From Octopus vulgaris (lineage: Eukaryota), in the NCBI GenBank assembly GCA_951406725.2, contig OX597825.1, positions 46,376,001 to 46,440,000 of the forward strand: a stretch of DNA of 64,000 bases, in the 5' to 3' direction. This document shows, piece by piece, positions 24,385-41,446 of the stretch. Every line of letters starts with the position of its first letter. Position 1 is the first letter of the stretch. A program made the position numbers and the translations under genes. The notes under the pieces are model-generated. The model saw only the letters and a program-made list of their open reading frames with translations, had not been told where the DNA came from and ran no database searches.

Positions 24385-27300
24385 TGATTGATTGATTATT
24401 GATTGATTCTAGTTTCAGCTTATGAGCTGTGGCCATGCTGGGGCACCGCCATTTGGTGTTGCTACTTGGTTTCACTTCATGGAGGCTTTCTAGCAACTGC
24501 TATTTGGTGCATGAGAGAGTTCGATGCAGCTGCCCTCATCTGCCCCTCCTGCCGTGAAGTTGGTTCATCTGGGACACCTGACAGGAAGAGATCCAGTTCC
24601 ATTTTAAAGACATCTGTATCCACCCCATGCAGGTCTCTCAGGTTCTTCGGGAGGATATTGAAGAGCTGTGGGCCTCGGAAGCCCAGGCTATCACAGAATC
24701 TTGTCCTACATCTTGATGGCAAGTTTGGAGTCCTAGGCACCACGCAGTGGCGCCCAGTTCTGGCATTTGCGTAACTCTCAATACCAAAGTTCAGGACACT
24801 TCCCTCCAGGACCTTCCAGATGTATATTATGGCGTATCTTTCCCGCCTACGCTCCAGGGAATATAATTTTAATCTCTTGAGTCTTTCCCAGTAGCTTACA
24901 TTCTGCATAGAGGCTATCTTCTTCGTGTAGCTTCGTTGGATCGCCTCAAGTTCTGTGATCAACTTGACACTGGATGGTGACCATAGCTGAGAGCAATAGT
25001 CAAAGTGGCTTAGGACAAGTGTCTTCCAGAGGACCATCATGGTTTCTTGTTCTCTTGTTCTAAAGGTTCTAAGAATCCATCCAGCCAGCCGTCTGCATTT
25101 CATTGTCAGTTTAGCAACATGTACATGAAAGGTCGCGTCATCACTCATGTGAATACCCAGGTCACGCACTGATTGTGCCTCTGGGATTGCAATCCCTCCG
25201 GGTCCAGTGTATTCATTGGGTATTGCATTCAGTTTTGCATGCTGATAGTATAAAGCTTGAAACTTTTCAGCATTGAACTGCATGCTATTCTTTTCAGCCC
25301 ACTTGTATATTTCGTCCAGCTCATATTGCAGGTGCTTAGTGTCTTCAGGGTTCTGTATTGCCTGTGAAACTTTTGTATCATCTGCATAACTTGTGATCGT
25401 GGCTCTCCGCGTGGCTGAGGGCATGTCTGAGAGGGCCATTATGAACAGTAGTGGTCCCAAAACAGTGCCCTGTGGAACACCGCTCACTATTTGCGTGCTA
25501 ATGGAAGTGACCCCATTGGCTGCTACCACCTGACTTCTATTCTTCAGAAAGTCATGAAGCCATTCTCCTAGTTTTCCAACTATGCCAAGATCACGCAGTT
25601 TGTGACATATCATTCCATGATCGACTTTATCGAAGGCCTTTGCGAAGTCGAGATATATGACTTCCACATTTGAGTGGTTGAGCAGTTGTTTCAGCACCCA
25701 GTCATAGTGCTGCAGGAGCTGAGTTAAGCAGCTTCTTCCTGGTCGGAAACCATGTTGGGTGTCAGGTAGCAAGTCATTTTCTTCAAGGAAGGTGATTAGT
25801 TTCCTTCTGACTATTCGTTCCATGACCTTGCTGATGTGTGAGGTCAGAGAGATAGGTCTGTAGTTCTTGGCCTCCGCTCTGCTACCTCCTTTATGAATAG
25901 GGCATATTTTACCTTCCTTCAGTTTTCTTGGAAGTTTGCCAGCTGCAAGGAAGCTCTGAAAGAGGAACTGCAGTGGTCTTGCTAGGACTCTCTTACATAC
26001 TTTTAGGAGGATTGCCGGGAATCCATCGGGGCCAATAGCTGAGTCTATTTTCATTTCATCTATAGCCTTTATTACATCGTCTTCCTTTATATCGATGTAA
26101 TTTATCGTCGCCGCCTCTGATTCTATATCTGCAGTGGTAAAGAAGTCAGTTGGATTGCTGATTTGGAAATGCCCAAGGGGTGGAGTGAAAACACTCTTGA
26201 ATTGTTCATTCAGTATTTCACTTACCCTCATTGGTTTTCCTGTGAGTGTGCTATCCTTTTCAAGGAGTGGCCCTATCCTACAGTGCACCGTAGCTGTTTC
26301 TTTGGCATACCTGTAGAAAGCTCTGGGGTTAGTTTTTATGTTGTCTATAGCCCAGGCTTCTTTGTCTGCTCTTTCCTTCTCATGGGAGAGTTGCAGACAA
26401 TTTTCAATTTCCAACAGTTTTATTTTCAGGCGGGACTTTTCACTGCTTTCAATTTGTTTGTTTAGGCGATTTGAAATTTTTGTACGCCGTCTCATTAAAA
26501 TTTTCCTCTCTCTGGGGATTTTGTTCTTGTGTACAGTGGCCTTTCTCTCTGGGACACATTTGTAGCATATGGCTTGCATTACAGACATGAATTGTTGAAG
26601 TATCATGTCGATGTCCGGCGAGGAGAGACATTCAGGCCAGTTTTGTTTGAGGATCTCTTTCTCAATTTGTTTCCAGTTTGCCTTATTGAAGTTCAAGCTG
26701 GAAAGATTCTGAGGGTTTCTTGTAGGCTGCATGTCCGTGCTCTCTTTTGGCCCGTACATGGTCAGCTCTACCATGTTGTGATCCGAGAGTAGTGTCGGTG
26801 TCACTTTCACATTATGGATGAGATCCATATTATTTGTGAAGCAGAGATCCAGTGTGTTACCTGCTCTGGTTGGTTGGAGTATTACTTGCTCCATGTACAG
26901 GGTGTTGATGAGGTTCAGGAGGGACCTCGCCTGTCCTCGTTCACATCTTGTCATTCCTGGGAGAGAAAGGCCCTCGGGCCATCTGACATTGGGTAGATTG
27001 AAGTCTCCCATGAGAAGTACACTTATGTGTTGTTCTAATGTGGTTAGAACTTCTTCTATTTTTAAAAGGCAGTCCTCAAACTTGCCCATATGACTTGGGG
27101 CATCTGGAGGGCGATATGTAGCACACACAACTACATCAAGTTGCCTTATGTGTACAATTAGTGTGTCACACACCGAGTTTGAGTATGACAAAAGGACCTG
27201 GGGTGTGAGGTCCCCACGGATGTACATAGCAACTCCTCCATGACTCCTTTCTTTCCTGTCGGTCCGTAGTACAACATACTGTGGTATGTGTAATTCCGCA

Positions 27301-27752
27301 TCTGCTATGTCCGGTTTCAGATGCGTTTCTGTGAGTGCTATGCATAAGGCTTGATTGCATGCGACAAAGTTTCTCAGGAACGGGACTTTTGTCCTGTTAC
27401 TGTGTGTTAGTAGTCCTCTGATGTTCAGTAGGTGCATCGAGGTGAGATGTATGCTGTTGCCGGCGGTGTCCACCCTGGGTCCATCTGCTGTGGCAGTCTT
27501 GTGAACCGTGGGCAGTTCCATCTGCGAGCCTGAGCCTGATGGAGCCAGGTTAGCTGCTGTACAATCTTTTGTGCCATGCACAAAAAAGATTCCTGCTCAG
27601 CAGCTGCCCTTTCAACAACACGTTGGTGGTTTGTGGTACGCACCACATCTGCGTACCTCCGTTTTGGGGCAGGTGATGCGTGGTCCATCCTATTTCCTTT
27701 CGGTGGTTGGTTTCTGTGGCAGGGTCCCGGATGTGCAAAGCGGCAGCCTGCA
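24385..27752 (-). mobile_element. CR1-clade LINE copy 1, 5'-truncated within ORF1, (ATCA)n tail
   Basis: Intact ORF2, 3' stem motif GGCGGTGCCCCAGCATGGCC, flanked by (TA)n. Confidence 0.92.
24477..27581 (-). CDS. LINE ORF2: APE endonuclease plus reverse transcriptase (uninterrupted)
   Basis: LNIRGL, LTETHL, YRPP, GDFN, LDL, SDH; NYRPISLTS, YLDFAKAFDKV, GVPQGTVLGP, YADD, RYSLERRR-like C-terminus. Confidence 0.95.
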   Translation of the reverse strand: MHGTKDCTAANLAPSGSGSQMELPTVHKTATADGPRVDTAGNSIHLTSMHLLNIRGLLTHSNRTKVPFLRNFVACNQALCIALTETHLKPDIADAELHIPQYVVLRTDRKERSHGGVAMYIRGDLTPQVLLSYSNSVCDTLIVHIRQLDVVVCATYRPPDAPSHMGKFEDCLLKIEEVLTTLEQHISVLLMGDFNLPNVRWPEGLSLPGMTRCERGQARSLLNLINTLYMEQVILQPTRAGNTLDLCFTNNMDLIHNVKVTPTLLSDHNMVELTMYGPKESTDMQPTRNPQNLSSLNFNKANWKQIEKEILKQNWPECLSSPDIDMILQQFMSVMQAICYKCVPERKATVHKNKIPRERKILMRRRTKISNRLNKQIESSEKSRLKIKLLEIENCLQLSHEKERADKEAWAIDNIKTNPRAFYRYAKETATVHCRIGPLLEKDSTLTGKPMRVSEILNEQFKSVFTPPLGHFQISNPTDFFTTADIESEAATINYIDIKEDDVIKAIDEMKIDSAIGPDGFPAILLKVCKRVLARPLQFLFQSFLAAGKLPRKLKEGKICPIHKGGSRAEAKNYRPISLTSHISKVMERIVRRKLITFLEENDLLPDTQHGFRPGRSCLTQLLQHYDWVLKQLLNHSNVEVIYLDFAKAFDKVDHGMICHKLRDLGIVGKLGEWLHDFLKNRSQVVAANGVTSISTQIVSGVPQGTVLGPLLFIMALSDMPSATRRATITSYADDTKVSQAIQNPEDTKHLQYELDEIYKWAEKNSMQFNAEKFQALYYQHAKLNAIPNEYTGPGGIAIPEAQSVRDLGIHMSDDATFHVHVAKLTMKCRRLAGWILRTFRTREQETMMVLWKTLVLSHFDYCSQLWSPSSVKLITELEAIQRSYTKKIASMQNVSYWERLKRLKLYSLERRRERYAIIYIWKVLEGSVLNFGIESYANARTGRHCVVPRTPNLPSRCRTRFCDSLGFRGPQLFNILPKNLRDLHGVDTDVFKMELDLFLSGVPDEPTSRQEGQMRAAASNSLMHQIAVARKPP

Positions 27753-27782
27753 TATATTATATATATATATATATTATATTTA

Positions 27783-27817
<35 letters not shown>

Positions 27818-27821
<4 letters not shown>

Positions 27822-30800
27822 TTTGATTTTGATTTTGATTTTTCCAGTTTCAGCTAATGAGCTGTGGCCATGCTGGGGCACCGCCATTTGGTTTGCTACA
27901 CGATTTTACCTCACGGATGCTTTTTAGCAAACGCCATCTGATGCATGAGAGAGTTCGATGCAGCTGCCCTCATCTGCAGCTCCTGCCGTGAAGTTGGTTC
28001 ATCCGGGACACCTGACAGGAAGAGGTCCAGTCCTACTTTAAAGAAATCCGCATCTACACCATGCAGGTCCCTCAGGTTCTTTGGGAGGATATTGAAGAGC
28101 TGTGGGCCTCGGAAGCCCAGGCTATCACAATATCTTGTCCTACATCTTGATGGCAAATTTGGAGTCCTTGGTACTACGCAGTGGCGCCCGGTTCTGGCAT
28201 TTGTGTGACTCTCGATGCCAAAGTTTGAGACAAGTCCTTCCAGGATCTTCCAGATATATATTATGGCATATCTTTCTCACCTACGCTCCAGGGAATAGAG
28301 CTTTAATCTCTTGAGTCTTTCCCAGTAGCTCATATGCTGCACAGAGGCTATCTTCTTCGTGTAGCTTCGTTGGATCTCCTCAAGTTCTGTGATCATCTTG
28401 ACACTGGATGGTGACCATAGCTGAGAGCAATAGTCAAAGTGGCTTAGAACAAGTGTCTTCCAGAGGACCATCATGGTTTCTTGTTCTCTTGTTCTAAAGG
28501 TTCTAAGAATCCATCCAGCCAGCCATCTACATTTCATTGCCAGTTTAGCAACATGTACATGAAAGGTCGCGTCATCACTCATGTGAATACCCAAGTCACG
28601 CACTGATTGTGCCTCTGGGATTGCAATCCCTCCGGGTCCAGTGTATTCATTGGGTATTGCATTCAGTTTTGCATGCTGATAGTATAAAGCTTGAAACTTT
28701 TCAGCATTGAACTGCATGCTATTCTTTTCAGCCCACTTGTATATTTCATCCAGCTCACATTGCAGGTACTTAGTGTCCTCAGGGTTCTGTATTGCCTGTG
28801 AGAATTTTGTATCATCTGCATAACTTGTGATTGTGGCTCTCTGCGTGGCTGAGGGCATGTCTGAGAGGGCCATTATGAACAGTAGTGGTCCCAAAACAGT
28901 GCCCTGCGGAACACCGCTCACTATTTGCCTGTTAATGGAAGTGGCCCCATTGGATGTTACCACCTGACTTCTATTCTTCAGAAAGTCATGAAGCCATTCT
29001 CCCAATTTTCCAACTATGCCAAGATCACCCAGTTTGTGACATATCATTCCATGATCGACTTTGTCAAAGGCCTTTGCAAAGTCGAGATATATGACTTCCA
29101 CATTTGAGTGGTTGAGCAGTTGTTTCAGCACCCAGTCATAGTGTTGTAGGAGCTGAGTTAAGCAGCTTCTTCCTGGTCGGAAACCATGTTGGGTGTCAGG
29201 CAGCAAGTCATTTTCTTCAAGGAAGGTGATTAGTTTCCTTCTGAGTATTCGTTCCATGACCTTGCTGATGTGTGAGGTTAGGGAGATAGGTCTGTAGTTC
29301 TTGGCCTCTGCTCTGCTACCTCCTTTATGCATAGGGCTATTTTACCTTCCTTCAGTTTACTTGGAAGTTTGCCAGTTGCAAGGAAGCTCTGAAAGAGAGA
29401 CCGCAGTGGCCTTGCTAGGACCCTCTTACATACTTTTAGAAGGATTGCTGGGAATCCATCGGGGCCAGTAGCTGAGTTTGTTTCCATCTCATCTATAGCC
29501 TTTATTACATCGTCTTCCTTTATATTGATGTAATCAATCATCTGACCCCATATCTGACCCCATATCTGCAGTGGTGAAGAAGTCAGTTGGATTGGTGATT
29601 TGGAAATGCCCAAGGGGTGGGGTGAAAACACTCTTGAATTGCTCATTTAGTATTTCACTTACCCTCATTGGATTTCCTGTGAGTGTGCCATCCCTTTCAA
29701 GGAGTGGCCCTATCCTACAGTGCACCGTAGCTGTTTCTTTGGCGTACCTGTAGAAATCTCTGGGGTTAGTTTTTATGTTGTCTATAGCCCAGGCTTCTTT
29801 GTCTGCTCTTTCCTTCTCATGGGAGAGTTGCAGACAATTTTCAATTTCCAACAGTTTCATTTTCAGGCGGGACTTTTCACTGCTTTCAATTTGTTTGTTT
29901 AGGCGATTTGAGATTTTTGTGCGCCGTCTCATTAGAATTTTCCTCTCTCTGGGGATTTTGTTCTTGTGTATAGTGGCCTTTCTCTCTGGGACACATTTGT
30001 AGCATATGGCTTGCATTACAGACATGAATTGTTGAAGTTTCATGTCGATGTCCGGCGAGGAGAGACATTCAGGCCAGTTTTGTTTGAGGATCTCTTTCTC
30101 AATTTGTTTCCAGTTTGCCTTATTGAAGTTCAAGCTGGAAAGATTCTGAGAGTTTCTTGTAGGCTGCATGTCCATTGTTTCCTTTGGCCCGTACATGGTC
30201 AGCTCTACCATGTTGTGATCCGAGAGTAGTGTCGGCGTCACTTTCACATTATGGATGAGATCCATGTTATTTGTGAAGCAGAGATCCAGTGTGTTACCTG
30301 CCCTGTTTGGTTGGAGTATTACTTGCTCCATGTACAGGGTGTTGATGAGGTTCAGGAGGGACCTCGCCTGTCCCCGTTCACATCGTGTCATTCCTGGGAG
30401 AGAAAAGCCCTCGGGCCATCTGACATTGGGCAGGTTGAAGTCTCCCATAAGAAGTACACTTATGTGTTGTTCTAATGTGGTTAGAACTTCTATTTTTATA
30501 AGGCAGTCTTCAAACTTGCCCATATGGCTTGGGGCATCTGGAGGGCGATATGTAGCACACACAACTACACCAAGTTGCCTTACATGTACAATTAGTGTGT
30601 CACACACCGAGTTTGAGTATGACAAAAGGACCTGGCGTGTGAGGTCCTCGCGGATGTACATAGCAACTCCTCCATGACTCCTTTCTTTTCTGTCGGTCCG
30701 TAGTACAACATACTGTGGTATGTGTACTTCCGCATCCGCTATGTCCGGTTTCAGGTGTGTTTCCGTAAGTGCTATGCATAAGGCTTGATTGCATGCAGCA

Positions 30801-31430
30801 AAGTCTCTCAAGAACGGGACTTTTGTCCTGTTACTGTGTGTTAGTAGTCCTCTGATATTCATTAGGAGCATCGAGGTGAGGTGTATGCTGTTGCCGGTGG
30901 TGTCCACCTTGGGTCTATTTGCTGTGGTGATCTTGTGAACTGTGGGTAGTCCCATCTGTGAGCTTGAGTTTGATGGAGCCAGGTTAGCTGCTGTACAATC
31001 TTTTGTGCCATGCACAAAAAAGATTCTTGTTCAGCAGCTGCCCTTTCAACAACACGTTGGCGGTTTGTGGCACGCACCACATCTGCGTACCTCCGTTTTG
31101 GGGCAGGTGGTGCGTGGTCCATCCCTTTTCCTTTCGGTGGTTGGTTTCTGCAGCAGGCTCCCGGATGTGCAAAACGGCAGCCTGCACCTTCCTCTCCATG
31201 TCGGCAGGCACCTCTCAGGTAGAACCTACATACCCGTGTGCGCTGCTTAGGTTTGCTTCTATCCTTGGCTGTTTCGTTTTTGGGTTTTAGTTTTTCCTCC
31301 TTTTTTGGTTCTTTCATCTCCATGTCCATGGCTTTTGGTGCCGGTAGGAGCACCCGGACTTGGGTTTACCTCCCGGGCAGGTTTCTCACTGGAGTTTTCT
31401 CCCTGGGCGTCTACCAGGTGGTGGTGACCT
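27818..31430 (-). mobile_element. CR1-clade LINE copy 2 (CCCH ORF1, frameshifted ORF2), (AAAATC)n tail
   Basis: ORF fragments 29534-31015, 29278-29646, 28277-29332 and 27911-28156 are highly similar to copy 1. Confidence 0.92.
30862..31353 (-). CDS. Short LINE ORF1 with a CCCH zinc finger
   Basis: [23 protein letters not shown] and YADVVR; homologous to 40764-41429. Confidence 0.7.
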   Translation of the reverse strand: MLLPAPKAMDMEMKEPKKEEKLKPKNETAKDRSKPKQRTRVCRFYLRGACRHGEEGAGCRFAHPGACCRNQPPKGKGMDHAPPAPKRRYADVVRATNRQRVVERAAAEQESFLCMAQKIVQQLTWLHQTQAHRWDYPQFTRSPQQIDPRWTPPATAYTSPRCS

Positions 31431-34789
<3,359 letters not shown>

Positions 34790-34790
<1 letters not shown>

Positions 34791-35645
34791 CCTGTGTACA
34801 CATACAATATGAATAGTCTCCAGGCTCTCAGAGATGCAAAGGTCACAGCAGATATGGCCTCCTGTGTACGAACACGCCTCTGTAGTAGTCTCCACTTGAT
34901 CTTGAAGGGGATGGAGTTCCTTTTGAGGTACCAGATGTGGGCGGTGAGAGTGGTTTGGTTAGATTTGTCAGGTCGCCTGAACGAGTGTGTGTGGGCGTAC
35001 CAACGAGTCTTAAAGCTGTTTGACGTCATTCCGATGTACGATTTTCTTTTATCATCGGGGCCTGATCGTACCTCGCATGTGTAGACGAGGTCCTTCTTTA
35101 GGCAGTTGTTGTTGAGGGGGCAAGTGGTTTTATCAGGGCAGTTGCAATTGCTTTCGGATGTTGGATGGGCCTCGGAAAAAATAGATTTATTAAGTTTTTT
35201 CACGTTATTGTTGGCTAGGTTCCTGGCTAGATTGGGCGTGGTGGAATAGGAAAGTTTAATGGTGTTCTTATTTAGGATTGTATAGTACTTATGTTGGGTG
35301 GGGAAGTGTTTTTGTAGGAGAGTGAAGAAAATTTTGGCTACAGGTGTAGCGACCTCACGGTTGTACCAGCTAATGTGTCTTCGCCTATTTTTCCTGGGTT
35401 GGCGTGGGGCTATGCTACTGTAGGTGATCTTATCTTTAAAGCCACTGCGGGCCAGGGCCTCGTTGTAATAGGGGGCTGCGGCGTTAAAGATATCTTCAGT
35501 AGCGGACAGGCTAGATATTCTAATTGAGACACTTTTCACTAGGTTGTCTAATATATTTTTGGAGTGGTTAGAATTAATGTCTATATATCTAAGGGATTCA
35601 TTTGGTTTATGGTACGGGTAATAAAGTGAGGTTTTTAAGTCGAGG
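34790..35645 (-). pseudogene. Penelope-like element (Naiad-type) RT thumb plus GIY-YIG endonuclease fragment
   Basis: PYHKPN...SNH thumb motif, CNC(x5)CP(x4)C linker, LVY...YIG...R...H, and a frameshifted CDLC..E C-terminus. Confidence 0.85.
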
Positions 35646-36468
35646 ATATGTATGTGTATGTGTATATATATATATATATTTGTGTATATATATGGACTAG
35701 TCTTCTGTGTGTGTGCAGATGCGTGTAGATATGAATTTGTAGGTACGTGTACGTATGCGTATATATGTGCATGTATGTATATGTATGAGTGTAGGTAGAT
35801 ATATATAGGTATGCTTTTATGTACACGTGTATGCGTGCATGTGTGCTAATATGTACTTAAGGGCGTATGGATGTGTATATATGCGTATGTATGTTTATAT
35901 GCACAAATGTCTGTATATAGGCATATGCGTCTATATATGTGGGCAGATGTTCTTGTGTGTTTATGTGTACCGAAGTACATTTATATATATGTTATTTATA
36001 TATATGTGGTTTTGCGTGTACATAGTTATGTGTACGTTTATGTGAAAGTCGGTACACTTATGTATGTATGAATATAACACGTGCGTCTGTGTATATGTAT
36101 GAGTGTGCATGTGAGTGTGTGTGCGTGTGTGAGTGTTTGTGTTCGTATCAGTGGGAGGAAAGATAGAAAGGAAGGGAAAGGGGCAATAAATGGTTTTTAA
36201 GCCAGCCAGGCAAGCTCCCTTGGGAGAACCCTACTTCTGTGGCTTGGATGGTCGAGGTCAAATACAAACAATAACAATAAAAATAAAAATGAATATATAA
36301 AAATAAAAATAAAAATAAGGGAAGAAATGTGTGTGTATGTGTGTGCATGTATATGCAAATGTTTGTGTATGTATATGTATATATGTGTGTGTGTATATAT
36401 ATATATATGTGTGTGTGTGTATGTATGTATATATATATATATATATATATATAAGTGTGTGTATGAAG

Positions 36469-36509
<41 letters not shown>

Positions 36510-36736
36510 TATGTGAGCGTGTGTGTATGGGGGTGTATATCCTCTTTTATATTTATTTATTTTTTTATATATATATATGTGTGTAGATATTTGTGTGTAT
36601 GTATGAGTATGGGTATGGGTGTGTACGTAGATGTATGTAAATGGGTGCATATGTACATGTGTATATGGATGTATGTGTGTATGTGTATGTATGTATGTAT
36701 ATATATATATATATATATGTATGTATATATATATAT

Positions 36737-36786
<50 letters not shown>

Positions 36787-37035
36787 AAGTGAGCGTCTCC
36801 TTATTTACTTAAACTTTATTCTTTTATCTACTTTATCACTGATTCCTTTGACCACTCCCCTAAGAATGATAGATTGCGCCATGCCTACCCCAAAAAGTCC
36901 CCCACCACCACCCATTTAAACCTGCCTAAGTGTATAAATGCCAAAACTATTCTTGTCACCTAGCTTCCTGATGATTTCTTTTGAATGAAATAGTTCTAGT
37001 CCTGTAGAAGCTCCTTCTATAAAATAAATATATAT

Positions 37036-37090
<55 letters not shown>

Positions 37091-37149
37091 CATACACACG
37101 TCCAGACCTCTCATACGCACTAATACTCTCTCATACACACACACACACC

Positions 37150-37465
37150 CTCATGTTGGAGCTGGTCATTCAACCCTATTATCAACCCTATTATCTCCCC
37201 TTATTTCGCTCTCGCGTCTCATGTTTGATCTTTGACCTCTGGCCGAAATCAGATCGCCATGTTGATTCGTTAGTTACTGCACGCATTTTTTTTCTCTCCT
37301 ACTTTCTGTGTTTTTTTTCTCTTTGTGTATCTTTCTGTTGAAGAGCGTAGGGTCGAAACGTTAAAGACTTGTTTTATTTATATTTCCTGAGCGCCATACT
37401 AATACAATTGTTTGTTTGTTTCCCACCTGCCTTCGTCTTTTGTCTATTTTCATAAAGCTTCCCGT
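37150..37465 (+). mobile_element. Penelope-like pLTR remnant
   Basis: Contains a hammerhead-like motif and sits in (TA)n. Confidence 0.55.
37329..37368 (+). ncRNA. Minimal hammerhead-like motif (A6>U variant)
   Basis: TCTTT-CTGTTGA-A-GAGC(GTAG)GGTC-GAA-ACGT-T-AAAGA. Confidence 0.55.
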
Positions 37466-37487
37466 TATATATATATATATATTTATG

Positions 37488-37674
<187 letters not shown>

Positions 37675-37680
37675 TTATTT

Positions 37681-37715
<35 letters not shown>

Positions 37716-37743
37716 TATATATATATTTATATTTATTATATAT

Positions 37744-40700
37744 CTCTTTTACTTTTACTTTTACTTGTTTCAGCCATCCGGCTGAGGCCATGCTGGGGCA
37801 CCGCCCTTGTTGCTACCCTCTCTAAGTCCAGTTTGCCGTGGCTGGCCACTGATCTAAGAGAGAGTTTGTAGCTGCTGCCCTTAGGTTACCTTCGTACCTT
37901 GCAGTGGGTTCATCTGGGATCCCGGAAAGCAGCTTGTCTAGATATTTTTTGAAAATGTCCACATCCGCATCATGTAGATCTCTTAGTTTTCTTGGCAGTT
38001 TGTTGAACAGCTGAGGGCCCCTGAACCCCAGGCTATTACAGTATCTGCTCCTTACCCTGGATGTGGAAGACGGGACCTTTGGCACCACACAGTGACGTCC
38101 TTTACGGGGATTGGAACAGCTCTCAATTCCAAAGTTTGGTGCTAGTCCCTCCAGGATTTTCCATATGTATATCACTGCATATCTCTCTCGTCTTCGTTCC
38201 AAGGAGTACAAATTGAGTTCCCTAAGCCTCTCCCAATAGTTCTTTTCTTTCATGGTGGAAATCCTCTTGGTGAAATGTCTTTGGATTGTCTCAAGCTCTG
38301 TGGTTAGTTTGACACTATGCGGTGACCACAGTTGGGAGCAGTAGTCCAGGCGGCTTAGGACAAATGTCCTCCATAGTGTCAACATGGTCTCGCAGTCTCT
38401 TGTCCGGAATGTCCTCAGGATCCAGCCAGTGAGTCGTCTGCACATTGTCGCCACCTTCGCGATGTGTGAAGAAAAAGATGCATCGTCACTCATGTCTATC
38501 CCCAGGTCCCGTATTGATTTCGATACTGGGATTTCGATCCCTCCTGGACCAGTATAGTTGTGTTGTAATGTATATGTGTTTACAGCTTGATATTGTAAGG
38601 CTTGAAATTTACCAGCATTAAATTGCATGTTGTTGTCTTCAGCCCATTTGTATATGGCATCCAGATCTTGTTGTAAAAGGTCAGCATCAGCTGGGTTTTT
38701 GATTGCCTGTGCTACCTTTGTGTCATCAGCATAGCTAGTGAGGGATGTTGTTTGTGCTACCAAGGGCATGTCAGAGAGCGCCACCAAAAACAGCAAGGGT
38801 CCCAAGACTGTGCCCTGTGGCACCCCGCTTGCTATTGGTGTCTTTCCCGAGAGGGCTCCATTGGCTGCAACCATCTGGCTTCTGTCCTTCAGGAAGTCAT
38901 GTATCCACTCACCTACTTTTCCTGTTATGCCGAGTCTGAGTAATTTGTGACATATCACTCCGTGGTCGACTTTGTCAAAGGCCTTCGCAAAGTCGAGATA
39001 TACCACATCCACCTGTGAGCGATCCAGTAGTTGTTTCAGTACCCAGTCGTAGTGTTGTAACAGCTGCGTAAGGCAGCTTCTTCCTGGGCGAAAGCCATGC
39101 TGTGTGTCAGTGAGACGGTTAGTTTCTTCGAGGAACGTGATCAGTTTTTTTCTGATGATTCGTTCCATGACCTTACTTATGTGTGACCTCAGGGAGACTG
39201 GCCTGTAGTTTTTGGCCTCTGCTCTACTCCCTCCTTTGTGGATAGGGCATATGGTGCCTTCTTTTAGCGCCCTGGGCAGTTTACCGTTAGCCAAGGAACC
39301 ACTGAAGAGCTTCTTCAGTGGTCCCGCTAGGGCATGCCTGCATGTTTTTAGGAGGACTGCTGGGAATCCATCTGGTCCAGCAGCTGAGTTTATTCACATT
39401 TCTTCTATGGCAGATATTACATCCCTCTCTGTCATGTCTATGTGGTCGATGGTTGTTGTTTGGTTTTGGAGTGTTGTGGCATCAAAGAAAACTTCTGGGT
39501 TTGTGATTTGCATGTGCCCCAGAGGGGATGTGAACACACTTTTATACTGTTCCTTTAGTATTTCACTTATCCCTTGGGGGTCGTCAGTTAGAGTGCCCTT
39601 TTTATCAAAGAGTGGGCCAATCTTGCAGTGTACCGAGGTGGTTTCTTTCGCAAATTTAAAGAAGGCTTTAGGGTTTGTTTTAATATTCTCTATGGCCCTG
39701 GCTTCTCTCTCTGCCCTCTCCTTCTCATAGGAAAGTTTGAGTGCAGTTTCCGTTTCAAAAAGTTTCAGGTGGAGTCCCTCATTGTTTCTCTGCCGTGCAT
39801 TCAGTTGCTTCGAGAGCTTAGCTCTTCGCCTCATAAGTATTTTCCTGTCTCTGGGAATAACGTTCCTATGCTCGCTGGCTTTTTTCTCCGGGACAAACTT
39901 ATGGCATATGTTCTGTATTGTTGTCATGAAATGTTGGAAATGTGTGTTGGTGTCTTGTGTGGTGATGAAGTCACTCCAGTCATGTTTTCGGATCTCTTCG
40001 TTGATCTTCTTCCAGTTTGCCTTATGGAAGTTTAGACTGGATAGGCCTGTGGTATTTTCTAATGGCTGCGTCTCAACTAACTCTCTCATACCATATATCA
40101 TTACCTCTACTAAGTTGTGATCTGAGAGAATTGTTGGTGTTACCATTATGTTGTGGATGAGCATCGGGTTGCTTGTGAAACAGAGGTCCAAGACATTCTC
40201 ACCTCTTGTTGGCCGAAGCACTGCTTGCTCCATGAAAAACTTGCGTGTGAGAGCCAACAAGGACTCTGTCTGTCTCTGTTCAAGTGATGTAATTCCAGGG
40301 AGGAGATGGCCATCTGGCCATTTGACTTTCGGAAGGTTAAAATCTCCCAGCAGTAGAATGGTGTTACCCTGGTCCAGTTTGTCCAGGACTTCTTCTATTC
40401 TTCTGAGGCTATCTTCAAACACTCCTTCATGACTAGGGGTGTCTGGTGGCTGATATGTGACACATATTACTATTTTCGGTTGTTTCATGTGTACTATCAG
40501 TGTGTCACAGACTGAGTTTGAGTGTGTCAACAGTACTATGGGTGTGACATCTTCACGGACGTACAGGGCAACCCCACCATGAGTTCTTTCCTTCCTGTCT
40601 GACCGAAAAACAGTATACTTTGGTATGTGTATTTCTGCATCTGCTATACTGCTTGACAGGTGCGTTTCAGTCAGCGCTATGCATATTGCATGGTTGCTTG

Positions 40701-41446
40701 TGCTTAAGTCCCTAAGGTGAGGAATTTTACTCATATTAGTGGGTTTCACCAGACCTCTGACATTCAGCAGAAGCACTGGTGAGATATTTGGGGTGTCAAT
40801 AAAGACTGAAGGTGTGGCACCTGGGCTGGTGTCAGCGGTGGCCACCCTGGGTCCCTTGATTGTGGTGGTCTTGAGTGCTGTTGTGAGTGCCCCTGGCTCT
40901 GAAGACGATGTATCCAGGCCAGTTGTCCCACAATTTTCTCTGCTATTTCCACAAAATTTCTTTGTTCTGCTGCCGCCGTCTGCATTTCCTCTGCAAATGT
41001 GCGCCTTCTCCTTGTTGGGGCATTACGCACTATGTCTGCATATTTCTGGGGCAGCTTGTATTTGTTCTGGTTTTGGTTTCGGTCTTGGTTTTGGTTAAGG
41101 CATTTTGGTCGAGTGGGTTTGATGCAATTTCCATAGGGCCTGGGATGAGCGAACCTGCATCCTTCCCCTGTTTCTCCATGCCAGCAGGTTCCATTCCGGA
41201 AGAATTTGCATGTTATCTGGGTTTTCTTGTCCCCAGTTCCTCTCTGTTTTTTCTTCCTCCGTTGGACGGTTGTCCACTGGTTCCTTTCTGCATAGGTATT
41301 TTCATCCGGGTGGTTATTTTCCGTTTCCCCATCGCCGCCTATCTGTTGTTTGCCCTGCTTGCCTTCTTCGACTGTGGCAGTGGGCGTGTCATTTTTTGAC
41401 ACTCTGTGGTTGGTGTTTCCTGTTTCCATCTCTCTCTCTTTGTCTT

